DNA of 64,000 bases from an uncultured Acidobacteriota bacterium. GTDB lineage: Bacteria; Acidobacteriota; Thermoanaerobaculia; Multivoradales; UBA5704. Positions 1-8,323 of the stretch are shown here, one piece after another. Location of the stretch: the NCBI GenBank assembly GCA_963700145.1, contig OY969474.1, positions 1,120,001-1,184,000 of the forward strand, written 5' to 3'. The translations under genes were made by a program, and so were the position numbers. How positions within the stretch are numbered: position 1 is the first letter of the stretch; each line of letters begins with the position of its first letter. The notes under the pieces were generated by a model. It ran no database searches, was not told the origin of the DNA, and saw nothing but the letters and a program-made list of their open reading frames with translations.

Positions 1-1928
1 CCGGTCTGGTCGGAATCGGGGACCGCGGTGGCGGCGCCGAGGGTGCCGTTGGCGAGCTTCCAGAGGACGAAGACGCGGAAGCGCCCGCCGACCAGGCAGA
101 GGTCGGCTGGGACCGTGCCGCAGGCCACCGCCGCCGGGATCGTCAGGTTCGCTTCGTTGGACCTCGCCGAGCCGCCGCTGGCGTTGCGGGCGCGGACGCG
201 GAAGGTGTAGGGCACGTCGGCGTCGAGGTTGCTCACCACGTGGCTGGTGGTGTTGGCCGGAGCGGAGGCGATCTCCACGTAACCCGTGTGGTAAGGGCTC
301 GTCACCTCGACGGCGAAGTCCGCCTCGTTGCTCGACTTGTCCTGCCACTGCAGGCGCGCCTGCGTGGCCGAGACCTGCTCCGCCGTCAGGCCGGTCGGCG
401 TCGCGGGCAGCGAGGACTGCGTCGTCGCGCCCGCCTCGTTCGAGTAGCCGGAGAACCCCGCGTTGTTCTTGGCCCGGACGCGGAAGGTGTAGCTCGTCGC
501 GGCCGTCAGGCCGGTGACCGTGAAGGAGCTCGACCCGGCGGGAAGCTGGGGCAGCTCGGTCCAGGCGCCGCCGGTCTTCCGCTCCACGCGGTAGTTGGTC
601 TCGTTCGTCGCGTTGTCGGTCCAGGCGAGAAGCACGGAGCTCGACGACTGCGCGACGGCGGTGAGGCCGCTCGGGGCCGCCGGCTTGGAGCCGCTGCCGC
701 CGGTGCCGCCGCCGGGCGCCGGGTAGAGGAAGGCGATCCCCGCCTTGTCGTCGTCGTTGAGCCGCGCTCCGCGATCGTCGGCGTGGGCGGTGGCGCGCAT
801 CAGGGCCCCGCGCACGATGTCGTTGAGACAGGGGCGGTTTTCGTCGCCGCAGGAGTGCCCGAGGCCGAGGGTGTGCCCGAGCTCGTGGCCGAAGACCTGC
901 TCGGCCCGCTTGCCGGTCACGAACCAGCAGCCGGTGCCGTCGTTCATCACGATGTCGGCGCCGAGGATGACCAGGTAGTCGCCGATCACCTCCAAGTCGT
1001 CCGACCAGGCGCCGCCGATCGCCAGCACGCCCGTGCCGGAGCCCGGGATGGTGCAGAGAAATTCGCCGCCCATCTCCTGGTTGGGGTCGTTGAAGAGGAT
1101 GACGTTGGCGCCGTCGAAGTCCTCGAAGCCATTGGACAGCGTGGTGGTGCCCTCGTAGCGGTAGCGGATGTTGGAGCGCGCGTCGTTGTTCCAGGCGTTC
1201 ATCGCGGCCTGGAACTCGGCGAAGCCGCCGCCGGCGACCCCCGGCTGCCCCGACTGGTGGGCGCGCCAGCCGACGCTCTGCCCGCTGTCGAACTCGAACC
1301 AGCGGTGCTTCTGCCCGCCGAGGAACGTGAAGGGCTCGATCGCCTTGCCCGGGCCGTCCGGTAGCTCGACGAAGTAGTCCTGCGCCCGCTGGAGGCCGGC
1401 GGCGCGGTCGGCCACCCAGCGGCCGAAGCCGGCGAAATCGCGCGTCTGCTCCACCGCTTCCCCGCCTTCGGGGCTCAGGACCTCCGCCCCGGAGAGGTCG
1501 CGCAGCGCCAGCGCGCGGCCACCCGCGTGCCGCTCGCGGAAGATCCCCATGCCCAGGTGGAGCGGGCGGAACGTGCCGTCCGCGTGCGGGACCAGGAAGA
1601 GGAGCGTCCGCTCGCCCTCGCGCAGCACCGGAACTCCCCAGGCGTGGAAACGCATGCCGTCGCCCCGCTCGCCGCCGACGATGCGCACCCGCGCCTCGCC
1701 GCCGGGGACCCGCCCCTTGAGCAGGCGCTCGACCCGCACGCGGTACTCGGTGAACGGCCGGCCGCCGCCGGTGGCGGCGCCGCCGATCTCCTCGACGGTC
1801 CCCTCGAGGACCACCGCCGCCTGGTCGGCGAGCTGCTCGTCGGGTCCGAGGACGTAGGTGGTGGCGGCGGCGGCGCCGGTGAGCCCGAGCGCCGCCAGAA
1901 GGGACAGGACGAGGCACCTGCGGATCAT
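1..1928 (-). CDS. Secreted matrixin/M10-like zinc metalloprotease with two fibronectin type III domains (3' end runs off the window)
   Basis: Not in the ORF track; translated by hand from ATG 1928. Signal peptide MIRRCLVLSLLAALGLTGAAAA, metzincin motif HELGHTLGLGH, Met-turn ALMRA, two FN3 repeats (PAAPSGLTA...WTDNATNE...YTFRVRA), then a C-terminal LCLVGGRFRV...W domain. Confidence 0.85.
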   Translation of the reverse strand, partial: MIRRCLVLSLLAALGLTGAAAATTYVLGPDEQLADQAAVVLEGTVEEIGGAATGGGRPFTEYRVRVERLLKGRVPGGEARVRIVGGERGDGMRFHAWGVPVLREGERTLLFLVPHADGTFRPLHLGMGIFRERHAGGRALALRDLSGAEVLSPEGGEAVEQTRDFAGFGRWVADRAAGLQRAQDYFVELPDGPGKAIEPFTFLGGQKHRWFEFDSGQSVGWRAHQSGQPGVAGGGFAEFQAAMNAWNNDARSNIRYRYEGTTTLSNGFEDFDGANVILFNDPNQEMGGEFLCTIPGSGTGVLAIGGAWSDDLEVIGDYLVILGADIVMNDGTGCWFVTGKRAEQVFGHELGHTLGLGHSCGDENRPCLNDIVRGALMRATAHADDRGARLNDDDKAGIAFLYPAPGGGTGGSGSKPAAPSGLTAVAQSSSSVLLAWTDNATNETNYRVERKTGGAWTELPQLPAGSSSFTVTGLTAATSYTFRVRAKNNAGFSGYSNEAGATTQSSLPATPTGLTAEQVSATQARLQWQDKSSNEADFAVEVTSPYHTGYVEIASAPANTTSHVVSNLDADVPYTFRVRARNASGGSARSNEANLTIPAAVACGTVPADLCLVGGRFRVFVLWKLANGTLGAATAVPDSDQT

Positions 1929-2034
1929 GGGCTGGAGCTCCTCGCTCGAGATCGGCGGGCTGAAATTGGACCTATGCGCCGGTGATGTTAACAACGCCGG
2001 CCGCCGGCCCCTTCCCGCGCGGTAAGATCCGTCG

Positions 2035-3303
2035 ATGCCGAAGATGCCGCCGTCCATCTCGCCGCGGCTCGCCGCCGTTCTGGCGCTCGTCGCGGCGCTC
2101 GCGCCGGCCGCGGCGACGGCGGCGGGCGAGGCGGGGGCCCCGGGCAAATCCCGGCGCGTCGAGGCCGGGGAAACCGCGCCGGCACTGAGCGTCGAAGCCG
2201 TCGTGCAGGGCGGCTCCCCCACCGATCTGACGCCGGAGGCGCTGCGCGGCCAGGCCGTCGTCGTGGAGTTCTGGTCCACCTGGTGCGGCCCCTGTATCGG
2301 TGCCCTGCCGCACTGGAACGAGCTCGCCGCCGCCTTCGCCGGCAAGCCGGTGCGCTTCGTCTCGATCACCTCCGAGCCTGAGGAGAAGGTGCGGCCCTTC
2401 CTCGCCAAGCGGCCGATGTCCGGCGTCGTGGCGCTCGACACCGACAAGTCGGTCTTCACCGCCTACGGCGTGCGCGGGATCCCGCACACCGTGCTCATTG
2501 ACCCGCAGGGAACGGTGCGCGCGGTCACCCGCCCGGACGACGTCGACGCCGCCGCCCTCACCGACCTCCTCGCCGGCAAGGCGCCGCAGGTCGCGGCCTT
2601 CGTCGATCCACGCGACCGGCTGGCGGAGCTGCTCGGGGGGGAGAGCGACGGGCCGCCGCCGCTGGTCCGCGCCATGGTCCGCCCGGCCCTCTCCGACGAG
2701 CAGACGATGGCCTTCGGCGCCGGCACCTACTTCGGCACCGGCGTCGACGCGCGCGCGGCGCTGGCCCTCGCCTTCGAGGTCTCGGAGACGCGCCTGATCG
2801 CCGAGGGGGAGCTGCCCGAGGGGCTCTTCGACATGGCGTTCGCGGCGCCGCCGGAGGACGATCAGGCGCTCTTCGGCCTGATGCGCCACGCCGTGCCGGC
2901 GGCCCTGGCGGTCGAGGCGCGGCTCGAGCAGCGGCCGCTCGACGTCTGGCTCCTGCGCGTCCCGGAAGGCGGGAAACCGGCGCTGGCGCCGGCGGAAGAG
3001 GGCCCGCCCGGCTTCCGCAGCGACCGCGCGAAGGGAACGCTGCGTGGCGACGCGATGCGCACCTTCATGCTCGCCGGCAGCCTCGAGCGGACGCTCGGCC
3101 GCCCGGTGCTCGACGAGACCGGCCTCGACGGGCGCTACAAGATCGAGCTGACCTGGGAACCGCAGCGGTTGGAGGACCTCCCCGCCGCCGTCCGCGAGCA
3201 GCTCGGCCTCGAGCTGGCGCCGGCGCGGCGCGAGATCGAGGTGCTCGTCGTGCGGCCGAAGCCGGAGCTGGCGCCCGCAGAAGAGCACGCTGCGGCAAAC
3301 TGA
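2035..3303 (+). CDS. Secreted TlpA-like thioredoxin/redoxin fused to a TIGR03435/DUF3738-like domain
   Basis: Signal peptide; FWSTWCGPC active site; YGVRGIPHTVLID cis-Pro motif; C-terminal RPVLDETGLDGRYKIELTW...EQLGLEL...EVLVV resembles the TIGR03435 family. Confidence 0.8.
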   Translation: MPKMPPSISPRLAAVLALVAALAPAAATAAGEAGAPGKSRRVEAGETAPALSVEAVVQGGSPTDLTPEALRGQAVVVEFWSTWCGPCIGALPHWNELAAAFAGKPVRFVSITSEPEEKVRPFLAKRPMSGVVALDTDKSVFTAYGVRGIPHTVLIDPQGTVRAVTRPDDVDAAALTDLLAGKAPQVAAFVDPRDRLAELLGGESDGPPPLVRAMVRPALSDEQTMAFGAGTYFGTGVDARAALALAFEVSETRLIAEGELPEGLFDMAFAAPPEDDQALFGLMRHAVPAALAVEARLEQRPLDVWLLRVPEGGKPALAPAEEGPPGFRSDRAKGTLRGDAMRTFMLAGSLERTLGRPVLDETGLDGRYKIELTWEPQRLEDLPAAVREQLGLELAPARREIEVLVVRPKPELAPAEEHAAAN

Positions 3304-3329
3304 CGGCCATCGCCAGCCTCATCCGCCCC

Positions 3330-6300
3330 TCACGGCGTGCCCGAGACGTTGACCACGGCATAAGGTGGCGGCACCGTAAATAGCCCATTGCCCGGCAAGG
3401 TCGAGAGACGCTCGTTAAGGCCGGCTGCATCGCGGGTGCGCACGCGGTAGTAGATCCGGTCGTCGTCGTCGAGGGTCTCCCACGCCGCCGCCGGGACGCT
3501 CCAGGTGCCGTAGCACTCCGGGGTGCCGGCGTCGGTCGGGTCTAGATCCACCACCTGAAAGCCGCTCGCCATGAAGTTGAGCGTGAAGGCCTCGTCGTTG
3601 GCCACCTCCACCTGGAACTGGGTGTTGCACGGCGATGGATCGGTGAAGGAGGCCGTGTCGCCGCTGAAGCGATAGCGCGGCCCGGTCCAGATGAGGAAGG
3701 TAGGGGCCGGCCCACCCCGCTCGAGCCAGTCCCACTCCGGATGGACGACGCCGTCGAGCTTCACGTCGTCGCCCGTGTCGTTGTCGTCGATGTCCACCAC
3801 CGCCTCGCCGCCGTTCTCCCCCGCCGGGCACTGCAGCGGGTCGGTGGTTGCCGTATTCCCGTCGAGGCACTGCCAGGGAATGAGGAAGATCCCGGCGCGC
3901 GCGAAGGCGCCGGTCGCCTTGCTCGTCGTGTGCGGCCCGTTGTGGAAGAAGGCCGGCGGCCCGCCGGGCGATCCTGAGGTGGCCCACTGGTTGGTGATCT
4001 TGACGGCCAGGTCGACCAGTCCGCGGTAGATGCCGCGGTCGCTGCTGTCCGGCGCCACGCCGCCGAACCACCCGGTGGTGCGCAGGGCGCGTACGAAGCG
4101 CACCAGGTACTGGGGCGTGCCCGACGGCAGGCACTTGCTGCGCATCCCCTGGCGCAAGGCCCACAGCGCGGCACCGGCGATCTGCATATCCGCGTAGCCG
4201 CCGGTCGCCATGACGCGGTGCTCGGGGAAGTGGTCGCCGGGGCTCGCCGGATCGAAGGGGACGTTGACCTGCGACAGGCGAGGTGAGGAGCCGCCCTCGC
4301 TGTGATGGGCGACGCAGTTCAGACTGGCGTCGGCGTCCGTCTGGTTCTTCGACTTCCAGCCCGACCAACAGTTGGTGCTCTCGAAGGCGTGCGCCCAGGA
4401 GTCCGCGAAGTCGTGGAAGCTCGCCCCCGGATCGAGCGGCACCGGGCAGGCCATGGGCGGCGCCCCCTCGAGGGTCGGCGGCGCGCACCAGTCGGCGGGC
4501 CGGTCCGTGTACTGGCGAGGCGTCAGCGCGTGCCCGAACTCGTGCGCGACATAGGTGTGGTCGTGCATCACGCTGACGTGGTTGGCCCCGTCGGGGCAGG
4601 CCGCGTCGATGAAGCCGGGGCAGAGCTGGAAGGAGATGCCGGCAGGCGAGCCTAAGGCGGTGCAGAAGGAACCATCGCCGAGCTCGTAGTCGAGGTTCAT
4701 GGCCCCGGTCGGAAACGGGGTGAAGAGGCCGGCGGAGAGGGCCATCGACCGCTGGCGGTAGAGAGTCGCCAGGAGGTCGACCTGCTCGAACGTCGTGTTG
4801 CCGCCCGACTGGCAGACGGCGTTGGCGGCGTCGTTGAACGGCGCGTGGTCGAAGTGGGCGAAGGTCTCGGAGCTGCCGTCCGCGTCGTCCGGGATCTCGA
4901 CCTCGCCGTCGTCGAAGACGCCGTCCCCGAAACGGTCGAGGCGCGCGAAGACCCCGCTGAGTTGCAGCCGGTAGAGCCCACCCGCCGAGTCGTCCACCCG
5001 GAACGGGGTGAGGTCGGTGACCGGCAGGAGGTCGGGCGCGCGCCGGAAGGTGCGGCCGCTCGCCGCCACGTCCTCGTGGATCAGCGGCACGAGCTGGAGG
5101 ATGGCGCCGCTCTCGGCGTCCATCCAGACGTAGAAGAGGCCGTCGACGAGCTGCCACTCGGCCACGACCGGCATGCGATAGGCGTAGCGCAGCGCCGGCA
5201 CGCCGCCACTGCCGCCGTAGGGAAGCAGGATCAGCTCGATCCGCTCCGGCGCCGTGCGCCGCGGGAAGCAGAGTCCCTCGATCCCGCCGAGGGCGGTCCG
5301 CACTCGCAGGGCGGCCTCCTCGGGCGTGAGGATGACCCGGTTCGTCACCGTGTAGCGGTTGAAGGCGCGGCCAGTGACCAGCGTGACCGTTTCCCCCTCC
5401 CAACGGGCGGCGAGGATCCCGGTATGCTCGATCGGGACGTTGCTCTCGAGCTGGGGAAAGAAGTACTCGACTTCCAGCCGTTCGATGTCGGCGCGGAACT
5501 GCGCGAAGGTCATGCCCTCGCCATTCAGGAACAGGCGATCGACCTCCGGCGAGCCTGCGCCGTGTTGCATGGCACCGCAGATGAGGTCGGCGCTCGCCTG
5601 CTTCAGCCGCGCGGCCTCCTGGCAGGTGAAGCTCGCCAGGGGGGCGAGGGACGCCTTGGGCATCTCCTTGCCGTCATGATCGGGGACGCCCATGCGCCGC
5701 TCCGGGCCCTGCACGCCCACCGCGCGCAGGATCGGCGCCACCACCTCGGAGAAGACTTGGCGCGCCGAGAGCTGTTCCGCGCGACCAGCCGGGAGCGTCA
5801 CGACGAATCCCTCCCCCTCGAACGCGGGGAACAAGGCCCGCGCGCCGGGCGGGAGGGCCTCCGCCCGGGACTGCGCCGGGATTTCGGGGAAGCGGGGAGG
5901 ATCGACGCGCGGCGGCGATGACAGCTCCCCCGTCGGCGTCGGTCGAGGGCGTGGGCAGGCCACTTTCTGGTCCTGCCCGAAGGCGGCGTCGTCGGCCCGC
6001 ACTCCAAGCCATTGCGTGAAATGGCGCGCCGCCCGCCGGCGTCTGAACGTGTCGTCGAACCGTACGGTGAACGTCGCCCCCTGCCCCATCACGGGATTTG
6101 AAGAGCCGAAGCTCGTGCTGGCCAGCCAGGTGATGTCGGCCTCCAATCCCGGCGGCTCGGTGGCGGCGGTGAACGTCACCGGGACTCCGTCCGGGATCAC
6201 GGCGCGGCGATTGAGGTGGCTGGTGATATGGGTGCGGTAGATCTCAAAGGTGACCTCACGCAAGCGACGCCCGCCGCCGAGTCGAACCGAGTAGGTTCCC

Positions 6301-6971
6301 GGCTCACCGAAGGACAGCGAGACCGAGGAGCCGAAAAAAGTCTGAGAGCTCCGGCGGTCCCCCCGAACGCGCCATTCCATGAGGGGAGCGAAGCCGCTCG
6401 GAGCCACCACGGCGTGAAGGTCCAAGGTCCTGCCGACCGACGTGCGATATCGGTTTGCAGCGACCTGACGTAATGCAGCAATCGAAGGCTGACGGTAGTA
6501 GCGATAGGTGGAGGCATTCAGGTTCTCGGGATCGAGCGCGACGGGAGCGACAGAGCTTTCGATGGACAAGACCTGGACCGCCCGCGCAGGGACATTCTCA
6601 ACGTGGAGGACGCAGCTCTCCCGGAAGCTTTGCCCGTCGGCTCTCACGATCTCAACCTCGACTACCTGGACGCCGACGTTCTCGAGCGGGCACTCGGCGA
6701 GGGACCAGCCATCGTGCTGGGAGATCTCATGAGCGCCCTGCCAGCGGATCGACGCCCCGGCCGGGACCTCACGCTTGAGACGCAAGGTCGTGCCCAGCGG
6801 CACCGACGTAGAGGTTGGAGCCGGATGCCAAGACGTAGTCAACCCAGGGATCGGGCCGATGTACAGTGCGTTCGGGGTCTTCGCCATCGCCATCGCGCCG
6901 GACGCGAGCTCGAGAGCTGCGAGGATGAAAACGGCGGCATGCCTGCGAATGAAGCCGTGAGGTCTGAACAC
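3330..6971 (-). CDS. Large secreted M4/M36-like (thermolysin/fungalysin-type) metallopeptidase with an extra N-terminal domain
   Basis: 1213 aa; RBS GAGGAGG before the GTG; FTP/PepSY-like propeptide (FPQLESNVPIE...LTPEEA...WMDAESGAIL); HEFGH zinc motif; many A/T-ending codons, especially in the 5' third. Confidence 0.7.
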   Translation of the reverse strand: MFRPHGFIRRHAAVFILAALELASGAMAMAKTPNALYIGPIPGLTTSWHPAPTSTSVPLGTTLRLKREVPAGASIRWQGAHEISQHDGWSLAECPLENVGVQVVEVEIVRADGQSFRESCVLHVENVPARAVQVLSIESSVAPVALDPENLNASTYRYYRQPSIAALRQVAANRYRTSVGRTLDLHAVVAPSGFAPLMEWRVRGDRRSSQTFFGSSVSLSFGEPGTYSVRLGGGRRLREVTFEIYRTHITSHLNRRAVIPDGVPVTFTAATEPPGLEADITWLASTSFGSSNPVMGQGATFTVRFDDTFRRRRAARHFTQWLGVRADDAAFGQDQKVACPRPRPTPTGELSSPPRVDPPRFPEIPAQSRAEALPPGARALFPAFEGEGFVVTLPAGRAEQLSARQVFSEVVAPILRAVGVQGPERRMGVPDHDGKEMPKASLAPLASFTCQEAARLKQASADLICGAMQHGAGSPEVDRLFLNGEGMTFAQFRADIERLEVEYFFPQLESNVPIEHTGILAARWEGETVTLVTGRAFNRYTVTNRVILTPEEAALRVRTALGGIEGLCFPRRTAPERIELILLPYGGSGGVPALRYAYRMPVVAEWQLVDGLFYVWMDAESGAILQLVPLIHEDVAASGRTFRRAPDLLPVTDLTPFRVDDSAGGLYRLQLSGVFARLDRFGDGVFDDGEVEIPDDADGSSETFAHFDHAPFNDAANAVCQSGGNTTFEQVDLLATLYRQRSMALSAGLFTPFPTGAMNLDYELGDGSFCTALGSPAGISFQLCPGFIDAACPDGANHVSVMHDHTYVAHEFGHALTPRQYTDRPADWCAPPTLEGAPPMACPVPLDPGASFHDFADSWAHAFESTNCWSGWKSKNQTDADASLNCVAHHSEGGSSPRLSQVNVPFDPASPGDHFPEHRVMATGGYADMQIAGAALWALRQGMRSKCLPSGTPQYLVRFVRALRTTGWFGGVAPDSSDRGIYRGLVDLAVKITNQWATSGSPGGPPAFFHNGPHTTSKATGAFARAGIFLIPWQCLDGNTATTDPLQCPAGENGGEAVVDIDDNDTGDDVKLDGVVHPEWDWLERGGPAPTFLIWTGPRYRFSGDTASFTDPSPCNTQFQVEVANDEAFTLNFMASGFQVVDLDPTDAGTPECYGTWSVPAAAWETLDDDDRIYYRVRTRDAAGLNERLSTLPGNGLFTVPPPYAVVNVSGTP

Positions 6972-6993
6972 GGACCACCTCCTCGGTCGCCGC

Positions 6994-7025
6994 GAAGTAC
7001 TTCCTAAGCCGCGGCACGCGGCTTA
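6994..7025. promoter_or_regulatory. Two adjacent palindromes upstream of the protease gene (candidate operator or hairpin)
   Basis: GAAGTACTTC (6994-7003) and TAAGCCGCG-gca-CGCGGCTTA (7005-7025) in an AT-richer intergenic segment. Confidence 0.35.
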
Positions 7026-7122
7026 TTGCCTCTACTTAAGAAGTTACCGCAACCTAACCCTTGTGGACAAAGAGGCCCCCCCCCGGTAGAACCGATGCAA
7101 GGGCGCGCGCCGACGCCGGTCG

Positions 7123-7274
7123 CCGACGAGCAGGCCGCGGCGCACCGACCCAGCTGCGGCGCCTTTGCACCCCGCGAGGGGCCCAGGCACTCGCCTTCGA
7201 GGTCTCGGAAACGCGGCTGATCGCCGAGGGGGCGCTGCCCGCCCACCGAAGAGCAGGCGGCCGCCGCGCACTGA
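7123..7274 (+). pseudogene. Collapsed relic copy of the 3' half of the 2035-3303 gene
   Basis: 7190-7241 matches 2767-2818 at 49/52 nt; it is followed by PTEEQAAAAH*, resembling that gene's C-terminus PAEEHAAAN*; CCGACGAGCAG at 7123 matches 2693. Confidence 0.7.
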
Positions 7275-7314
7275 TCCCACGCTCAGGGTACGGGCCTTGC
7301 ACCCTCGCGAGGGC

Positions 7315-8301
7315 ATGGCTGGAGTGCGTGCACGCCGGGCGCGGCGCGGCGCGAGCTGGGGCCTCGCCGCGGCGCTCGTCTGCGCGGCCTGCGGCGGCGA
7401 CCGGCCGGCTACTGCGCCGGCGCCCGACGCCGAGAGCGCCGCCAAGGCGCAGGCGCCTGCATCCGGCGGCCCGACGAGCATCCGCATGCGCCGCGTGCTG
7501 CTGCGCGTGACCCCGACCGCCACCCTCCGCATCGACAGCCTCAGCGGCCGCCTGCGCCCGACGCAGCGCGGCGAGGCACCCTACTTCGACGACCCGACCT
7601 CCTTCCGCATCGACCTCGACTCCGCCGCCATCTCGGTCGACGCGGCGAGCCTCTCCGCCCTCCTCAACGACTGCCTGCGCCGCCACCGCGAGGTGCCGCT
7701 CAAGGACGTCAGCGTCACCACCCGCCAGGGCGAGCTGCGGCAGAAAGGGAAGCTCGAGAAGGGGCCGGGGATGTCCTTCGAGATCCGCGCCCGGCCACAG
7801 GTCGCGCCGGGCGGCCGGCACCTCCTCTTGCAGCCGTCGAAGATCGAGGCCGCGCACGTGCCGGTCAAGGGGTTGATGCGCGTCTTCGGGATCGAGATGG
7901 AGTCGATGCTCGACCCCAAGGGCGCTTGCGGCCTGTCGACCGAAGGCAATACCTTGCACCTCGACCCCGGCGCCCTGGCGCCGCCGCCGGCGATGGAGGG
8001 GAAGCTCGCCGGCGTCGAGGTGCTGGACGACCGCCTGGCGCTGCGCTTCGGCGAGCCGGCGGCGGCGCCCGCGGCCGGCGGCGACGACCGCCCCGGCTAC
8101 ATCGCCTTCCGCGGCGGCACGCTCCGCTTCGGCAAGCTGACGATGAACGACACCGACCTGCGGCTGATCGACGACGACCCCGAGGACCCCTTCGAGTTCT
8201 TCCTCGAGCGCTACGCCGACCAGCTCGTCGCCGGCTACTCGAAGACCACCAAGGACAAGGGCCTCCGCACCTACCTGCCGGACTACGGCGATCTGAAGTA
8301 G
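7315..8301 (+). CDS. Hypothetical lipoprotein
   Basis: ATG 7315; basic N-region then lipobox-like LVCAAC; host-like codon usage; conserved-looking C-terminus FRGGTLRFGKLTMNDTDLRLID. Confidence 0.7.
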   Translation: MAGVRARRARRGASWGLAAALVCAACGGDRPATAPAPDAESAAKAQAPASGGPTSIRMRRVLLRVTPTATLRIDSLSGRLRPTQRGEAPYFDDPTSFRIDLDSAAISVDAASLSALLNDCLRRHREVPLKDVSVTTRQGELRQKGKLEKGPGMSFEIRARPQVAPGGRHLLLQPSKIEAAHVPVKGLMRVFGIEMESMLDPKGACGLSTEGNTLHLDPGALAPPPAMEGKLAGVEVLDDRLALRFGEPAAAPAAGGDDRPGYIAFRGGTLRFGKLTMNDTDLRLIDDDPEDPFEFFLERYADQLVAGYSKTTKDKGLRTYLPDYGDLK

Positions 8302-8323
8302 CGGCGGGCCGCCGGCGTCGCTC

